This document shows positions 74,709 to 89,400 of a stretch of 248,000 nucleotides of DNA, in pieces. How positions within the stretch are numbered: position 1 is the first letter of the stretch; every line of letters begins with the position of its first letter. Under the pieces are notes generated by a model. That model was not told where the DNA came from and made no database searches. It was given only the letters and a program-made list of their open reading frames with translations. The position numbers and the translations under genes are program-made. The stretch comes from Octopus vulgaris (Eukaryota): assembly GCA_951406725.2 (NCBI GenBank), contig OX597817.1, positions 117,820,001 to 118,068,000 of the forward strand, in the 5' to 3' direction.

Positions 74709-77700
74709 ACTTGCACACCTTCCCGGGCGTCAAACCAACACTTGCTGTTTATACTCCTCTCTTTGTCCTTACCAAATAGAGAACACTTTCAATGTTGTCC
74801 CAATCTTAAACAGCTCAGATGTTCCCTGGTGATCAGTTTTCTCTCAAAGCACTTCCTTCAAAACTTCGAGAACTACATCCTGCCTTATCAGCAAACACAC
74901 ACACACACATATACACACACACATGCACTGAACAGATAAAGGACACTGAGTTCCTCCTTTTTCATAACCACCCATCATATATACGCTGTATGTGCATCAG
75001 AAAATATATGTTTAGGGACATGACAACTTTGATTCTTTTAACAACAATAAATGAATAAATAAATAAATAAATAAAATTCTCTTCGAATCAAGAAAATACC
75101 AGTGCACCACACATCTCCTAACTGTTAATAACATTCTTCTAGAGCTCCAATACCTGTGTCTCGTTATTACCGAGGATATCTCATGGTTAAAGCTCATCCT
75201 TAGCTTAGCTATCACTTCATCCCAAATACAATCACTCAGTTTATGCAATAGAAGATATTTCCCCATGAAAGAGTTGCTGATACTCAAGTTTCAAGTGAAA
75301 TGTATTACGTATTACTACAGCCACATTCTACATTCTATAAAAACAAATTGCTTTGAATCAAAAGAAGAGCCATCCAAGTAACTGCTACTAAATCATACGC
75401 ATAGACCTGACATTTAAAAAATATTCGTTATATGCGAATTAAAATATTGATAATTTGTACTAAAAATTCTATTGACATGTGTTGCTCTCTTTAATGCAGT
75501 TATTTGGTGGAAATTAAAAGGAGCACAGAAAGGAGCATGTATGGGATATACATGAGGAGTAAAAAGTAAAACACATCATAGAAAACTACGTACACACTAA
75601 GCGATAACGCCAGTAATAATAAACATAGGCACTTGTTAAATATCACTTCTTTTTCGTTAGACAATTTGTTAAATATCAAATGCGCTGTTTAATATGCTGG
75701 TTAAGCAAAGAGTTATTACAACCATATCTCTCCAATACACACGCGCGCACATATGCATACACAAACATACACACACACAGAGCAAATAAGCAAAATTGAA
75801 TTCATACCCCTCCCTAATCATCCATCATACACATGCTAAGGCCTACAAATATTAAAACAATACGTTAGGAACAATGAAATAGTGTTCTTTCCTACAGACA
75901 AATCCTATAGAATGCCTGTAGACAGCCTGTAGAGCTACGTCCATACACAACAACAGCACACCAATAACATGAAAGACGTTGCAGTACAAGAACATGATAA
76001 TGTAGGCAAATATCTCAATGCACACAGGGGAATGTGGTGCAACGTGCTCCAACATAAAAATGGACCACACGAAATTTCCAAACACCTAACAACGGTGTTT
76101 CTACACTATATGATTTACGTGCTCCCGATCTCGAACGGCATGAGGAGCTAATAGTTGCAGCAACTATAGAAATTCCTACTCCTCGCAAGATCTGCGTGCT
76201 CCTCAGTAGAGACAATGAGTGTGGCCGTTCCGACCACCTCACAGGCTGTATAGTAGGTAGTATAGAAAGGGTATAATTCTTATCGTCTCTTGACATTGAT
76301 TACGATGCGGAAAAATCTGTATCACTGAAGTAGAGTTCTCATAAGTAAAAGCAGGAGAACACAGTTTTCTCCTTAGATTAACCTATGGCAGTGGTTACGC
76401 GGATAGTCATGACCTTATTAGTTTCCGCCCCACCTGGTCAGAACGAAGAAGACCACTCATCGTTACATTGGTAGTGAAGAAGGGCTCCACAGACGGTGGA
76501 GAGGCTTGTCTATATCCACCCAGGATCCAGAGAGTTACAATCAGGTGAGAAATATGATAGCTGGCTGCACATGCAATAGCAGCTAGCATAAAAATAAAAC
76601 CGTTTGAAGAGCCATATAGTAAAGTTCAGTAAGAAACTCTATATGCAGGTTTAAGGGCAGCCTTCAGTGTTGGTGTGACTTGGACGTGGCCGGCCTCTTT
76701 ATAACCTGGTAGGACAAAACACTTAAGCAATCCACAGATGAATAATGTGTAGCAATAATACTAATTCTAGATAAATAGATGATATCGACATTCTACTTAG
76801 GACAATCCCATGTGCTCATACTTAGGAAGCCGAGTGGTGTACAATGAAGAGAATCCAGCGCATAGAGAACTATGCCCACCTGAGTATCAAGGTAACTGTA
76901 AAATACCCCGCAAGGCCCCCTAACAATAAATTCCTTGTCCTTGATACTGAACCGTAGTTAGAGCCTACAAACAAGATTCAACTCACCCACTCCTATTATA
77001 TGAAATCTATAGTTTCCAAATATGGTATTTGTAAGAAATTAGCTTTATCAAACAAGATAACGATAAGAAATAATTATAGCGGATTTATTAGGTTAATAAA
77101 CCTGTCCCTACGCATACATGCGCACGCACATGAACACACAGGCTAGTAGACACACGAACGCGGGAATATAGAAAAGCACAAGAATACACGCATAAATATA
77201 TACATGCATAGACACACACATATATACATACATACGCACTCACACGGATGCAGGAATGTGCACACATGCACGCAATAACACACACATATGTAATATGTAC
77301 GCTGGCAATCACCCCCACCCCACATACACCTATCAATTTCTACACAAGTATAGGCAACAAAGTGTCAGACGGGCAACCAGGGCCTGCGTAATAAACTGGG
77401 AGAGAACTAACTGAAAATGTTAAGAGTGGCAACGATAGAAATTTGACGTGCATAAATAAAACAAACGATTACCTGTTTCACAAACAAACGATCAATTAGT
77501 TAGTTGCAATAATTTTAAACCAATTAACTAATAATAGGGTCATGGAATTGAACCAGTGCATGCGTTATGAATATTGACATAGTGACTCTCCCTAGACAGA
77601 ACAAAATTAGTTTCAACACACGCCTTCCATGAAGAATCTTACAAACCAAATGCAAATCGAAATGATTTATGAATCCCCACCGTATTGCAGCATTTGTTTT

Positions 77701-78799
77701 GGAGCATCTACAGTGACAATGGCATTTAGCTTTCCATCCATGTGGATCCGTATTTGAACAATCTATTTATTTTCATTGAAAATTGCAGCTTGTCATATAT
77801 CTGCTTCCTAAAATTATAGTTTAATGCTCAGAGGCTGTATGAAGAACACTTTCTTATTTTCAGGAACAGCTGGAAACGGAGACAGTAATATGTAACTGTA
77901 TATATAAACTGATTTGATAGCGAATTTCGTTTCAGTTTTCAAAATTTTGATTCCTTTTCTCAAGTTCTGTGCATTGTTTCCTTGTTTAATCTCGCTGAGA
78001 TCTTGTCACTTTTCTTGCAGCAAACTTCCACAAATAAACAATTCAACACTTTTCTGAAAATGAATGGTGACTTACTGTAAAGAAATCAATACTTAAGCTG
78101 TCTTTAGAAAGAATAATGCTTGAAGGTGATGCTCTGGAGTATTTAGGTCAGAAAATAGAATAGGTATATATATATGTGTGTAGGTGTGTGTGGGTGCGTT
78201 AGTGTGTGTTCGTGTATACAAACATTATATATATATGTGTGTGTGTATGTATGTATATAAGCCCTTCCTTAAATCCTTAAATGTCTATATGATCAGTATT
78301 AGATATTACCCAACCTACACATCCTCGTAGAACAAAACAAAGAATATTTACGTAACAAACATTCTCACACACTCAAGAATCCTTACTAGCACCATCACCA
78401 ACACATACAAGAAAACCCATTAATCTACATGAAATGGCATAAACACAGAAGCAAAGGAACTAGCTACCTACCTTAATATACGTCCTGTACTACACTTAAG
78501 GAAATTATTCCAATTTCCTCTCTAACCTCGAATGCTGACTGAACAACCCCTTCAAAAGTGAGATAGACATCATTAGCAAATATATTCTCTATACTATCGA
78601 CTTCGACGTCAGAAGGACTACAGAGTTGACTCAATAGAATTTCAGCGCAGTTGTGATCGACTGATTCTGCGGTATCGCGGATAAATCTGCTTGATGATTC
78701 ACCTAGTGCGACATTTTTGACTTCTACTCTTTCATATCTAAGTCCTTCCTGCTGAAGGACCTAACTTTTGCTGAGCAATTCACCAGCATAAGTAGTATT

Positions 78800-79930
78800 G
78801 ATATCAGAAACATCCTAAATGCCAAAAAGTTAACTCTGGTGCATGGCAATTCCTTCTGGGTGAAGACGGTAGGTGATCCATTATTTGATGTCTCTATAAG
78901 AGACTTTGACTGGGGGTTATCGATTTTGGATGCTCTCCAAAAGAGACGTAGCCATACACATAAATCGGCCCTCTTTAGGAAAGACAGTCTGGCTGTCTCA
79001 GCGATATGATCGGCTACACCATGAGCATGTTGAGGAAGGACTTGATAAAATTGTTTTCAGAGTACGTTCGGTTTCACGGATGTAACATTAGACCTGGACA
79101 CGGACAAATATTAACCCTAGAGAAAGCCTAACAAGGAAAGGGTATATATCTACAAGAGCTCAATCCACCCAGCGCTGTAATTAGAAATCTGTTTTCAGAC
79201 ATTATAAAGCGGATGTCTAAACTCTCGACCAACAGGGAGGTCTCTAATAGGGCCGCACCCCACTACGATAGTGCTTTGGCTAGAAGCGGGTTTAGTGAGA
79301 AGCTCACGTATGTGGACGATCCCTAAGTACCCTCTTCTCACCACAAGAGGATACAGAGAAAGAAAACTATCTGGTTTAGTCCTACCTCAACCCCCTAAGA
79401 ATGTCAAGGTGGGCTACTCCTGCTTAGACAACATTGTATCTAACATCACACGCACCAACAGATGGAAAAATGCACCTGCACAACCACAAACTCAGTCTGC
79501 AACTTCCGAAACCTCAGCAATTGCCCTCTAGAAAGATCCTGCTTCTCAAGGGCCGTTGTATACAGAGCCACTCTCTTACACCCTCCGATGGAATCACTAG
79601 GAACTATAAGGGTATGATGGCCAATGATTACATAGGAAGATACTCACAGCGCATACACTCGTCCAGATCCAGAGACAGACAGTACTCTATTTCCCTGTCT
79701 GAGTTTCTCAGGAGACTCCGTGATCTCCGAGACGAAACATCCAGCATCAACTGGACTATTGTCGACAGGGAACCACCGTATTCACCTGGCGCCCCTAATT
79801 GCCGGCTCTGCCCCCGCAAAAGACTGCACATTCTCTACCAGCCCACAGTATTCATGAACAGGAAATATGAACTATCCTATTGCTGTCACCAGGTGTATGC
79901 ATTTCTGGTAAATTTCAAGCGAATGTCCGC
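78800..79930 (+). mobile_element. Degenerate PLE of a second clade (RT + C-terminal GIY-YIG)
   Basis: DPLFDVS..DFD; WTIVDREPPYSPGAPNCRLC..KRLHIL...MNRKYELSYCCH. Confidence 0.65.
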
Positions 79931-80076
79931 CGACATTCCGGATATACCACATTAGTACCAGCTAATGTACACCCTGAAATTCGGAGTAGAAAGGAATTTG
80001 AAAGTTATTGTTTTGTTACACACACACACACAAACATACACATTCACACACACACATACATACACACACATATACG

Positions 80077-80107
<31 letters not shown>

Positions 80108-80816
80108 ATATATCTGAGTAAATGATTTTATAAGTATAATTATAAAACTATATCAAGGGCAATCAGCAGCGAGTATTTCTACAGGCCGAGCCAAACGTGG
80201 GGCTCGACCTGTAGAAATACTCGCTAGTTGCCCTTAATGTAGTTTTTAAAATTATATTTATAAACTTATGTAAGCAATTATTTTTACCTAATCTAGTCAT
80301 CACACGCTAACTAACTGTTAACTCGTATACAGATATTATCCTTAATCATATTTAATATATATACTTTCACCTAGAGCAAAAGTATTTGGTTATTCACACG
80401 TAGCTGAGTTAAACGAACTAGATTTTAAAATTTTAATTTGTGTTTAAATTTGAACAGTTGTATATGCACTGTGGATATATTGTTTTCGTGTGGTATGTAT
80501 AATTGTTTATAATTATCGTAAATATGAGGACAATAATTCAAAATAATTTACCATTGGGTCGCATGCATAAATAAAATTCATAAGACATAATAAATATATA
80601 CAAGTGGTTGTGTTTTGCTGAGGAAGGAAAACAGATATTGGTCCGTAAACCTGAAATCAATTGATATGTAACTGTACCTCTTAAAAAATCTTTTCGTTTA
80701 TTCCCCCGCTTTCAGAGCGTATTTATATGATACTTAAGGTACTTCGGCACCATTTGGAGTCTTCCTATAGCGTTTAAGTTGGCCTGTAGAAATACTAATT
80801 AGTTGCCCTTAATATA

Positions 80817-80894
<78 letters not shown>

Positions 80895-81876
80895 ATTATG
80901 TACTCAACTTTTTACCGTAACTGGTTATTACACGCTAATTACCTGATAAAATATTATATAGATTTTATCCTTCCCCTTCACTCTAATTAATATATATATA
81001 GTTGAAATGTATAGTAAAATAAGACGAAGACAGATATATGAATAACAACAGGTGTAATAGTTTGAAGCACGGGAAAAATGAGAAAGTATTTCATATTTAG
81101 AGCATGCGCTCTTCAACAGAAAGGAATAAGAGGAAACAAGCGGAGTGAGAAGGAAAACCACGTGCAGTATTCAGTGGTCCAGCTTGGCGTATGATTAGAA
81201 TAAAATCGGTTGAAAGAAAGGGAAATAATAATAAAAACTGAGATTGAATGAAAGGGAGATAATAATAGTGCTAGTGATTCCAACAAGAGTAGGTGCATGT
81301 GCGTGTGAGTGTATGTGAGAATGATGTGTGTGAATAAGAGCGAGTGACTCTGATGTGCGTGAGTGTGTGTGCGCGTAGCGTAACATGTGTGTGAGTGTAT
81401 GTGTGTTGTGTGTAGTAGTTGATGTGTGCATTTTACATGTGGTGTCTGCACATGTGCGTGTATGTGTTTGTAATGAAACTGTGCATGTGTATGGTATCTT
81501 ATAAGGGTGAAACTTATGTTTATCGATGTATGCGTGTTGCGTGAGCATGTATATATTGTCTCTGTTCCGCTGTTATGCGCTTGTGTGGATGTGGGAGTAT
81601 ATATTGTCTGTGTTCAGGTATTATGTGTTTGTTTGGATATGGGCGTATGCATGATGGCGCGTACTGTGTTTACTGAGTTAAACAGTGTGCGTGGCTGCTC
81701 ATATAGTGGTATGTGTGATGACGATATTTAAGGTGTGTTGGTATGTAGATGATGGCGTGTGGTGTGGGCGCTGAGACGTGGTCAGTGCTAATAAGTGTAG
81801 AGTAGTGTGGGGTTGGTTCAAATAAGGAAAGCAGGTGAGGTTAGTGTCAGATTAAGAGAGGAGTTTAGTTGAGCCC

Positions 81877-82560
81877 CTATAGCACAAAGGAGCGAAGAGA
81901 GAAGATTAATCCCTTTTCACGGGGAAGGCGCGTGCCCGGGTGGTCTCTGTGCAAAGATAATCCGAACATACACAGATGTTGTAGCGAATGACCGGTACAG
82001 TAGAAATGGTACGAGACCGGGGTGTCATTGCCGAGCCTGATGTCTCGGAGGTGCTCTGTGAATTGGTCAGCCACGAGGCATCCCGTTTAACCGATGTACA
82101 GGAGATGCAGTAAACGATATTACTAGATGTGTAGGTAAAGTCGATGATGTGATAGGGACGATAATCGGTGTCTGTAAGGATGGTGGTGTTGGAGAGGTCG
82201 AGGCTGGTGCGACAGCGTGGACGAAATCTGGGGAACGAATCAGGCTGGAAGGTGAGTTTAGGGAAGAAATTGTGGACCAGGGGGTCATGCAGGTTATGGG
82301 CACGTTTGAAGGAGCTAAGAGGTAGGTTGGAGAAGATATACGAGGTGGAGGCTCCGGACAGGAGCTGCATGAAGCCTCTCAGAAAGGTGCGAGGCATGGT
82401 GGAGTGGTGGTAGGAAAGTGGAAACGGGTGACGGGCAACGGGAGGGTGGCTGCGAGGGGAAAGAGCAGAGGTACAGTAGGAAAGAATGAGGAACATGTCG
82501 GAGCAGTGGTAGGTAAGTGGATGCAGGAGACGGGGAACGGCGGGGTGGGTGCGAAGAAAA
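81877..82560 (-). mobile_element. Degenerate PLE GIY-YIG fragment
   Basis: PLSSFKRAHNLHDPLVH, FTYTSSNIVYCISC, QFTEHLRDIR..NDTPVSYHF. Confidence 0.65.
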
Positions 82561-84758
82561 AAAGGCAGAGACACGGTCCACATATCGTGCCCAGACAAAA
82601 GTATCAATTTCATATATGAGTGTTTTAATGCATTTCAAATATTACGCGTACTGAGCATTGAAAAAGTTTGGACGAAATATTGTATGAATAAATATATGCA
82701 GAAATATATACGAAATACAGGTAAAATGTACATGAAGTGATCTTCGAACATCATTCGTGATGATTCACTCGTTTTTCTTCAGCATGTTCGATTGGACAAA
82801 ATCGTAATGATCATTAAGTAAAATTTATTGATGCAAAGGACACACACACAGATGTACATGTAAATATCTACATGCTTTTCAAAGCCATTGCACGAAGATA
82901 TAAAAAGAGTCGTAATTATGAATGTAGTTTCATGTTTCTCGGAATCTATATATCGCTTTCGGAAGGTATCTCCTCATTGTATTTATAAATCAATATAATA
83001 TTCGCAAACATAAATATGTAGAAATACTCCAAACATCCTAGATAGTAGAGTGTTTTATAATTCACGTACAAAAACGACCTATATAAATATACTCTTGAAA
83101 TATAAGTTCTCTTCAAAATTACTAGGCACTAAATGATAAATTCCAGTTGTAATCTATCTGATGCTTTAGATATGCTAATTTATTGTTTCTTTTCTTTATC
83201 AATTTTTAATAATAAACGAATTTACACTGTAAAGTTTGGCTTCACATGATCTTCTCTAAATATGTAAGCTTCTTCTTCAGCACTTCCTATCGTTCGACAT
83301 GAGTTCAGGAAGTTCATTTTATTTTATATATATATAGTTGGATTATTAGTTTAAAAGCATTTTTTTGGTATTTTTTAATTATATTCTTTCATTAGTATTT
83401 CATTTTCTCGATTTCGTGTAATTTAAATTGTTTTAAACATAGTTATTAAAATCTATTGTTTTGCCAACTTCTTTAAAGCTCTATACATTTAAATCAAATT
83501 TCGATTTGCTCATTAGATCTATGTTATTATCATTATATTCCCTTTTATCTTTTCCCTGTTACGGATCCAAATCTACATTATTCTTTGTTTAATATTTATT
83601 ATTGTTTCGAGAAGTGAGGAGTAGTTAGGAAAAAAATATTCGATTTCAGCGCTCTGAAATACCGCAAATATTGATGTAACTAAAATATTTGATTTTATTC
83701 TTGTATTTATTTATTTAAAGTTTTATCATTTTATGTATAACATAGTACGTCTGGCTTTCTTTTAAATTGGAAATCGATTTTTCTGTCTAAAACAGCAGTG
83801 TTTGTTATGCTGATTTTGATTCATCCACGATGACTTTTATCTTCACTTACAGACTGAAGTAGTATAGTTCCTGCAGATGCAGATGCAGATGGAGTTTACA
83901 TGTCAATTTCACTTCAAATCAATGTTAATAATAAGCTTTATGCTCATACAAGATTAGTAAATATATTCTTTTTTTATAGCATTAATCACAAAAATTATTG
84001 AAAACAATACATTTTTGTAAGGAATCTGGTTGGGATGAAAACTCAATTTACAGATTGAGCTAATGTTTTTTTTATAAGTAATCCATCATATAGCAGTTAA
84101 AGGAACAATACTACCTTAAATGTTAACAAATAAGATACTTAACAATGTTCACGAAATAAATTACATTTTTGATATTAACTTATACTGATAAATACCTTAA
84201 TTGTTTAACTATGCAATTTTAATCAAATATTATTCGCCCCTAGCTAGACGCGTCACATTACATATATTGTATTTATTATATGAAGACGAGTGGCTTACTG
84301 TTTAGGAGTATTTGGCTCATGATAGTAAGGTCGTGAGTTCGATTCCCAGATGTTATTCTAATCATCTCAGCTGACATCACTCAGTTGTACCTGTAATTCA
84401 CAGGACCATTCTCATCGCATTGTGCGTCACGCTGAATCTCCCCCGAGGACTATGATAATAGTTTGTTTGTTTGACACTCAGTAACTTGAACGTTAATTTC
84501 AGTAGCAGGTCGTTACGTTAATTGGGACAAACTGAACACTAGTCGTCATGACCGACAATGTGCCATTCATTTGATATACGATTTCGTATTTAGCTGTTAC
84601 GAGAAACTGTGTCGAACATAGTCAATGATTATATAAGAACCTGCATTTTATTCTGCTATGTAGCAGATTGAGATATGAATGCAATATATCTTTTGTATAA
84701 TCCATAGAACCTTGTCCAGAATTTGGACAATACCTCCAATAATGGCATTACACATAAG

Positions 84759-85262
84759 TCTATTATATAAAATCCGTTCTGTCTGTCTGTGTGCGTGTCT
84801 TCTAAGATCTCGGGCATCCTCCATCCGATTGTGCTCAAATTTGATATGTACATACTGACGGTATCAGGGCGTGTATAAGTCTTGCGAAAATTACAAAAAT
84901 CGATTTCAGGTGAGAATGTGATCAATAAAGCCGCGGAAACGTGCATTTGTACGCGCAAGTGCATCAGCTGTTGCGATCGATACTACGCGTATTCGAGAAA
85001 AATGCACGTGCAGTTTGCGCAAAAAAGCCAGCTGGCTTGAAGTAATGCCACAAAATGCAGTATATTTAAGACACCAAAAAAAAGAAAGATGCAAAAGAGA
85101 TATTTTCTTCAGACTTAGCATGAAGGAAGGAAGTCTATCTTTACTTATTCTTTTGCTGGTGTCTCAAATTTAGGTCAAATCAGTGCTTCTCAAAGGGGAG
85201 GCCTTTGGCTTAAATGTTTGACAACTCAGCACCGTTCGTTGGACGGAGGACGTTTTGCTCGT
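84759..85262 (+). mobile_element. Non-autonomous Helitron (complete, degenerate ends)
   Basis: 5' TCtattatataaaatcc...; 3' hairpin ccgttcgttggacgg + gttttgctcg. Confidence 0.5.
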
Positions 85263-85814
85263 ACACATAAACTGAGACAGATATACACATATACAAATCA
85301 ATATAAGTGGTTTAATACAATGCAAATCCTTCTTTACATGTAACGTGGGATATAACTCGAAACACTTTAAGCATAAATATGCAAGCACTTACATACACAC
85401 ACACACACGCACAAACACAGACGCTCATGCATATAAACATACAAGCAAGTGCAAGTGTGCGTGTGTTTACGTGTGTGTGTGCGTGTGTGTATGGTGATAC
85501 GTGGATTAATTATTAAGGTTTTGCACTCATGATCGTAAGATTGTCATTTGGACTCCTGGGCTCAGGTGATGCATCTACTTTCTGAACAAAACTTTCAATA
85601 ATTCTTCGACGAATTGGTGTCCCATCCAATGGCAGAATATATAAGCCACGGGATCCAGGAAGCCTATGGCTCGGGAAGAGCTTTTGATCATTTTTGGATA
85701 CTTTATTTCACGTGCGCGGGCACACACAGACACACACACATACACACATACACACACATACACACACTCACTCACACACATACACACACACTCACATACA
85801 CGAACATCTATGCA

Positions 85815-85875
<61 letters not shown>

Positions 85876-86380
85876 TGAAAGAGACATATAGGCAAGGTTT
85901 TTATAATAATTGTTAAATGCAGGTATTCTCTTATTAGTTCCTGATTATAAGGATATTTTAGTATTATCTATTGAATTACTAGTGTAAGTTTACCATTAAA
86001 GCATGTAAGGTTAACAAATAATCAATACTAATTTAGTGTGTTAATTATTAACTTTCGGGTTATAAAATAGTGTAATTCACTCAGAATTAGTTACATTATT
86101 AGTTCAATAGAGTTTGTTTTTCTTTTGGAAAGACTAGAACATAAAAGCTTTTACTTTTACATTAATAAGTAAGGATGAATGGTAGGAATATTATCTGTAA
86201 GGACTTCAAGAGCTAGATTGCTTTATAATTAGATAATTTAGGAGTTAGTTATAGGTTTACTTAGTGAATTTATTTACTGATAGTGTGTTTGTACATAGGG
86301 TAATTGTGTTTCTTTGTTGTAATTTAATTAATAATGTTAGTGTTTAAGCCTTCCTAGAATTACGATTGAATGAATGTGGT

Positions 86381-86411
<31 letters not shown>

Positions 86412-89400
86412 GGTATGTTTGTTCCTTAACAGCACTTGTTTTAGTGCTGTTGACACCGCTGGATTGAAAGGTACTGTCCGGGTGTCGAAACTACAGTGAT
86501 ATCCCTCAGGCAGCTGGTGATGGAGGTTTGCTGGATTGTTGGTATGACTGTTATTGTAATTGCAGAATACTTTTATAAAACATCTATTTGATACATTCAC
86601 ACACATATAGGTAGACACATAGGTGGATATAGATAGATACGCATATATTTATATAAACATAAATACATTTATATTTTATGTATTTATATATGCATATACA
86701 TGAGAATATGTATACGTTTGTATATCTATATGTATGTGTGTGTATAGTGAGAAAGAAAGAGAGCGGGAGGGAGAGAGAGTAATCTAGACCTTGAGTAATA
86801 ACGGGTTATTAAACTACGTCAGATTGTTATAATACAGTAAACCCAAGTTCGAACGAGTTGCATGTAGATACATAAAGGCTTAAAAGAGATTATTTATGGA
86901 ATATTTCAGCATTAAAACAGATCATAAACTTCACTTACAGTTCGTATTTTCATTATGCTCAACATATATTTCATTAATGTAACAACCATAAAATGTATAA
87001 TCATAGAATTGCGATGCATATTTAATTTCCATTATGATAAATAAATTTAAGTCAAATCAGTTCATTTTAATTTTAATCATGTATCACAATTATGTTACAT
87101 TATGTTATTTTACCTTCAGAAAGAAATGATTAGAAGTGTGCCATTGTTCCGTTTTTGCAGTTGTAAGTTAATGTAGAATTGATTATAAATTAATGTAAAA
87201 TTGATTATAAATATAATCATTTCTACTGTAGGCAGAAGGCCTGAAATCTTTGGTTAGAGGCTAGATGATGACATGAATCCCAGTGATCGACTGTACCTTA
87301 TCTTATATTGACGATATAAGTAATGAAATCACCATTATACTTTCTTTCGTGCTAATTCTACGTTATGTTCATAGTTTATTCAGTACTACGTCTCGTCTTG
87401 TAAGGGCAAGTAACTTAGTGGTTACATTGCAGGAATCGCAATCATAAGTTCATAGACACGAGATTTGGACCGGGTGGCAGTTTCTGTGTTTGAGCAAGGT
87501 GCCCATTTCATGTTTAAATCTACTCAGCAGAAACTGCATAACGGCTGATTACTTGCGCAACCGATGTTATTTCTACTACGCGTGATGTACTCGACTCTAC
87601 CACTAAGTCAATACTGGGACTTCCAAGAATTTGCCAGTTTCTTCTCCCCACTATTTAGGTACCTGCAATATAAGCTGCAATATACATTATAAGATGCCAT
87701 AATAGTTTATGAGTGATAGTTCTGTTCTGTAATTAAATATCGCTTAGGGTTTGGGAATTATTAGCGAACACATAACATATGATATCTTCCGGATATATAT
87801 GTGTTATATGCACTTGAAAGTTCTAGTTATGGGTTTTGTACCCTTTGAATGTGCAGATATATTCTACTTGTTTCAGTCATTAGACTGCGGACTTGCTGGG
87901 GCACCGCCCTCAATTTTTAGTCGAATGAATTAATCCCAGAACTTAGTTTCTAAACCTGGTATATATTTTATCGGTCTTTGCCGAACCGCTATGTAACGCG
88001 GACGCAAGCGTGCCAACATTGGTTGTAAAGCGGTGAGAGGGAATGAAACGAGCACAGACACAAAGACAGACAAACAGACACACACACAAACACAAACACA
88101 CACATATACGACGAATTTTTACCAAATCCACTCAAAATCGTGTGATAGACCCAAGGCTATAGAGTAAGATACTGGCCCAACGTGCTACCCGTTGGTATTG
88201 AACAAAGAAACATGTGACTGAGAAACACACTTCACTGCTTATAATGTTATAATGACTTTAGAATTTAAAACACCAGATCATCCATAGAAAAGCACACACA
88301 TGCAAGCCACACAACTTACTTCACACAATATAATATACAAATTTCAACGTAAATGTTTAAGTTGTAAATAAATAACATTATGTCAACTGCTTAACCTAAG
88401 TTATATACGACATTTTATAAGCAGTCATTTACAGCGCAGAACAAGAAATGATTATTATATTTTTGACCATTTCTTTTGAAGATAATAAAAGGAATATTGA
88501 ATTTTTCATCTATCTACTAATCAGTGTCTGTATAATATCACTGTTTTGAAAGTACACTTACAGTTAGGCATGAAAACAAAATAGTATCTAAATGTATCGC
88601 ACTCAAAGAATTCGAAAATACACTTATTTTTAGTTATGAAAACAAAATGGTGTCTAAATGTAGCGCATTCAAAGAATCGTTGTTGTGATATTTGAATGGA
88701 ATTAGATTCATTATACTACTATATTCTATGTTTTGAAAGCTTGTTTCAACATGATATTACGAAACTGCGACAGAAATGAAACTAGAAAAAAGCGTTCGAT
88801 TATCCATAAAGCATTTTTGAATATCTAAATGATTCTAGCAGTGCCCGTGGTAATTCCACGGTAAAGAGGGCAGTTTTTAGATGGTTGTAAATTTATATAG
88901 AATCATAAAAATTAGTGTTTCCTCTGATAATATATATTCTGAATTATATTCATTTAACAAATCGTTTCAGTGCCTCTCGAAAAGGCTGTAATTGAGGAAG
89001 CATGATTTTTCTCTTCCATGAGATCATTAATAAATCTAAGAGCATCACAAGGATTAATGAGAATATTCATGTCACAGAATGTGTTAACTTAACCATCGTA
89101 TATTTACTGGATTTTTGACGTTCACTCATTTTCATATTCTCTTATCAGTTGGAAATAATGATTGTATTTTTCTCATATTCAGTTTGTCCTTCCTACGCTG
89201 CTGATTCAGGTGTTTATTCTAGTGATTCGATCCCTTGCGTCACTTTACGTTGTTGCTTGTACTTATTCATTCTTTCTCTTGTTAGCTTACATCGTGTCAC
89301 CAATAGTTTATAAACAAATACCAATTTTCAAGTGAGTAGGCGATAAATAACTGCACTCATGCGCATACGTTAAGTGATGATCGATATCGATTTTGTTTTT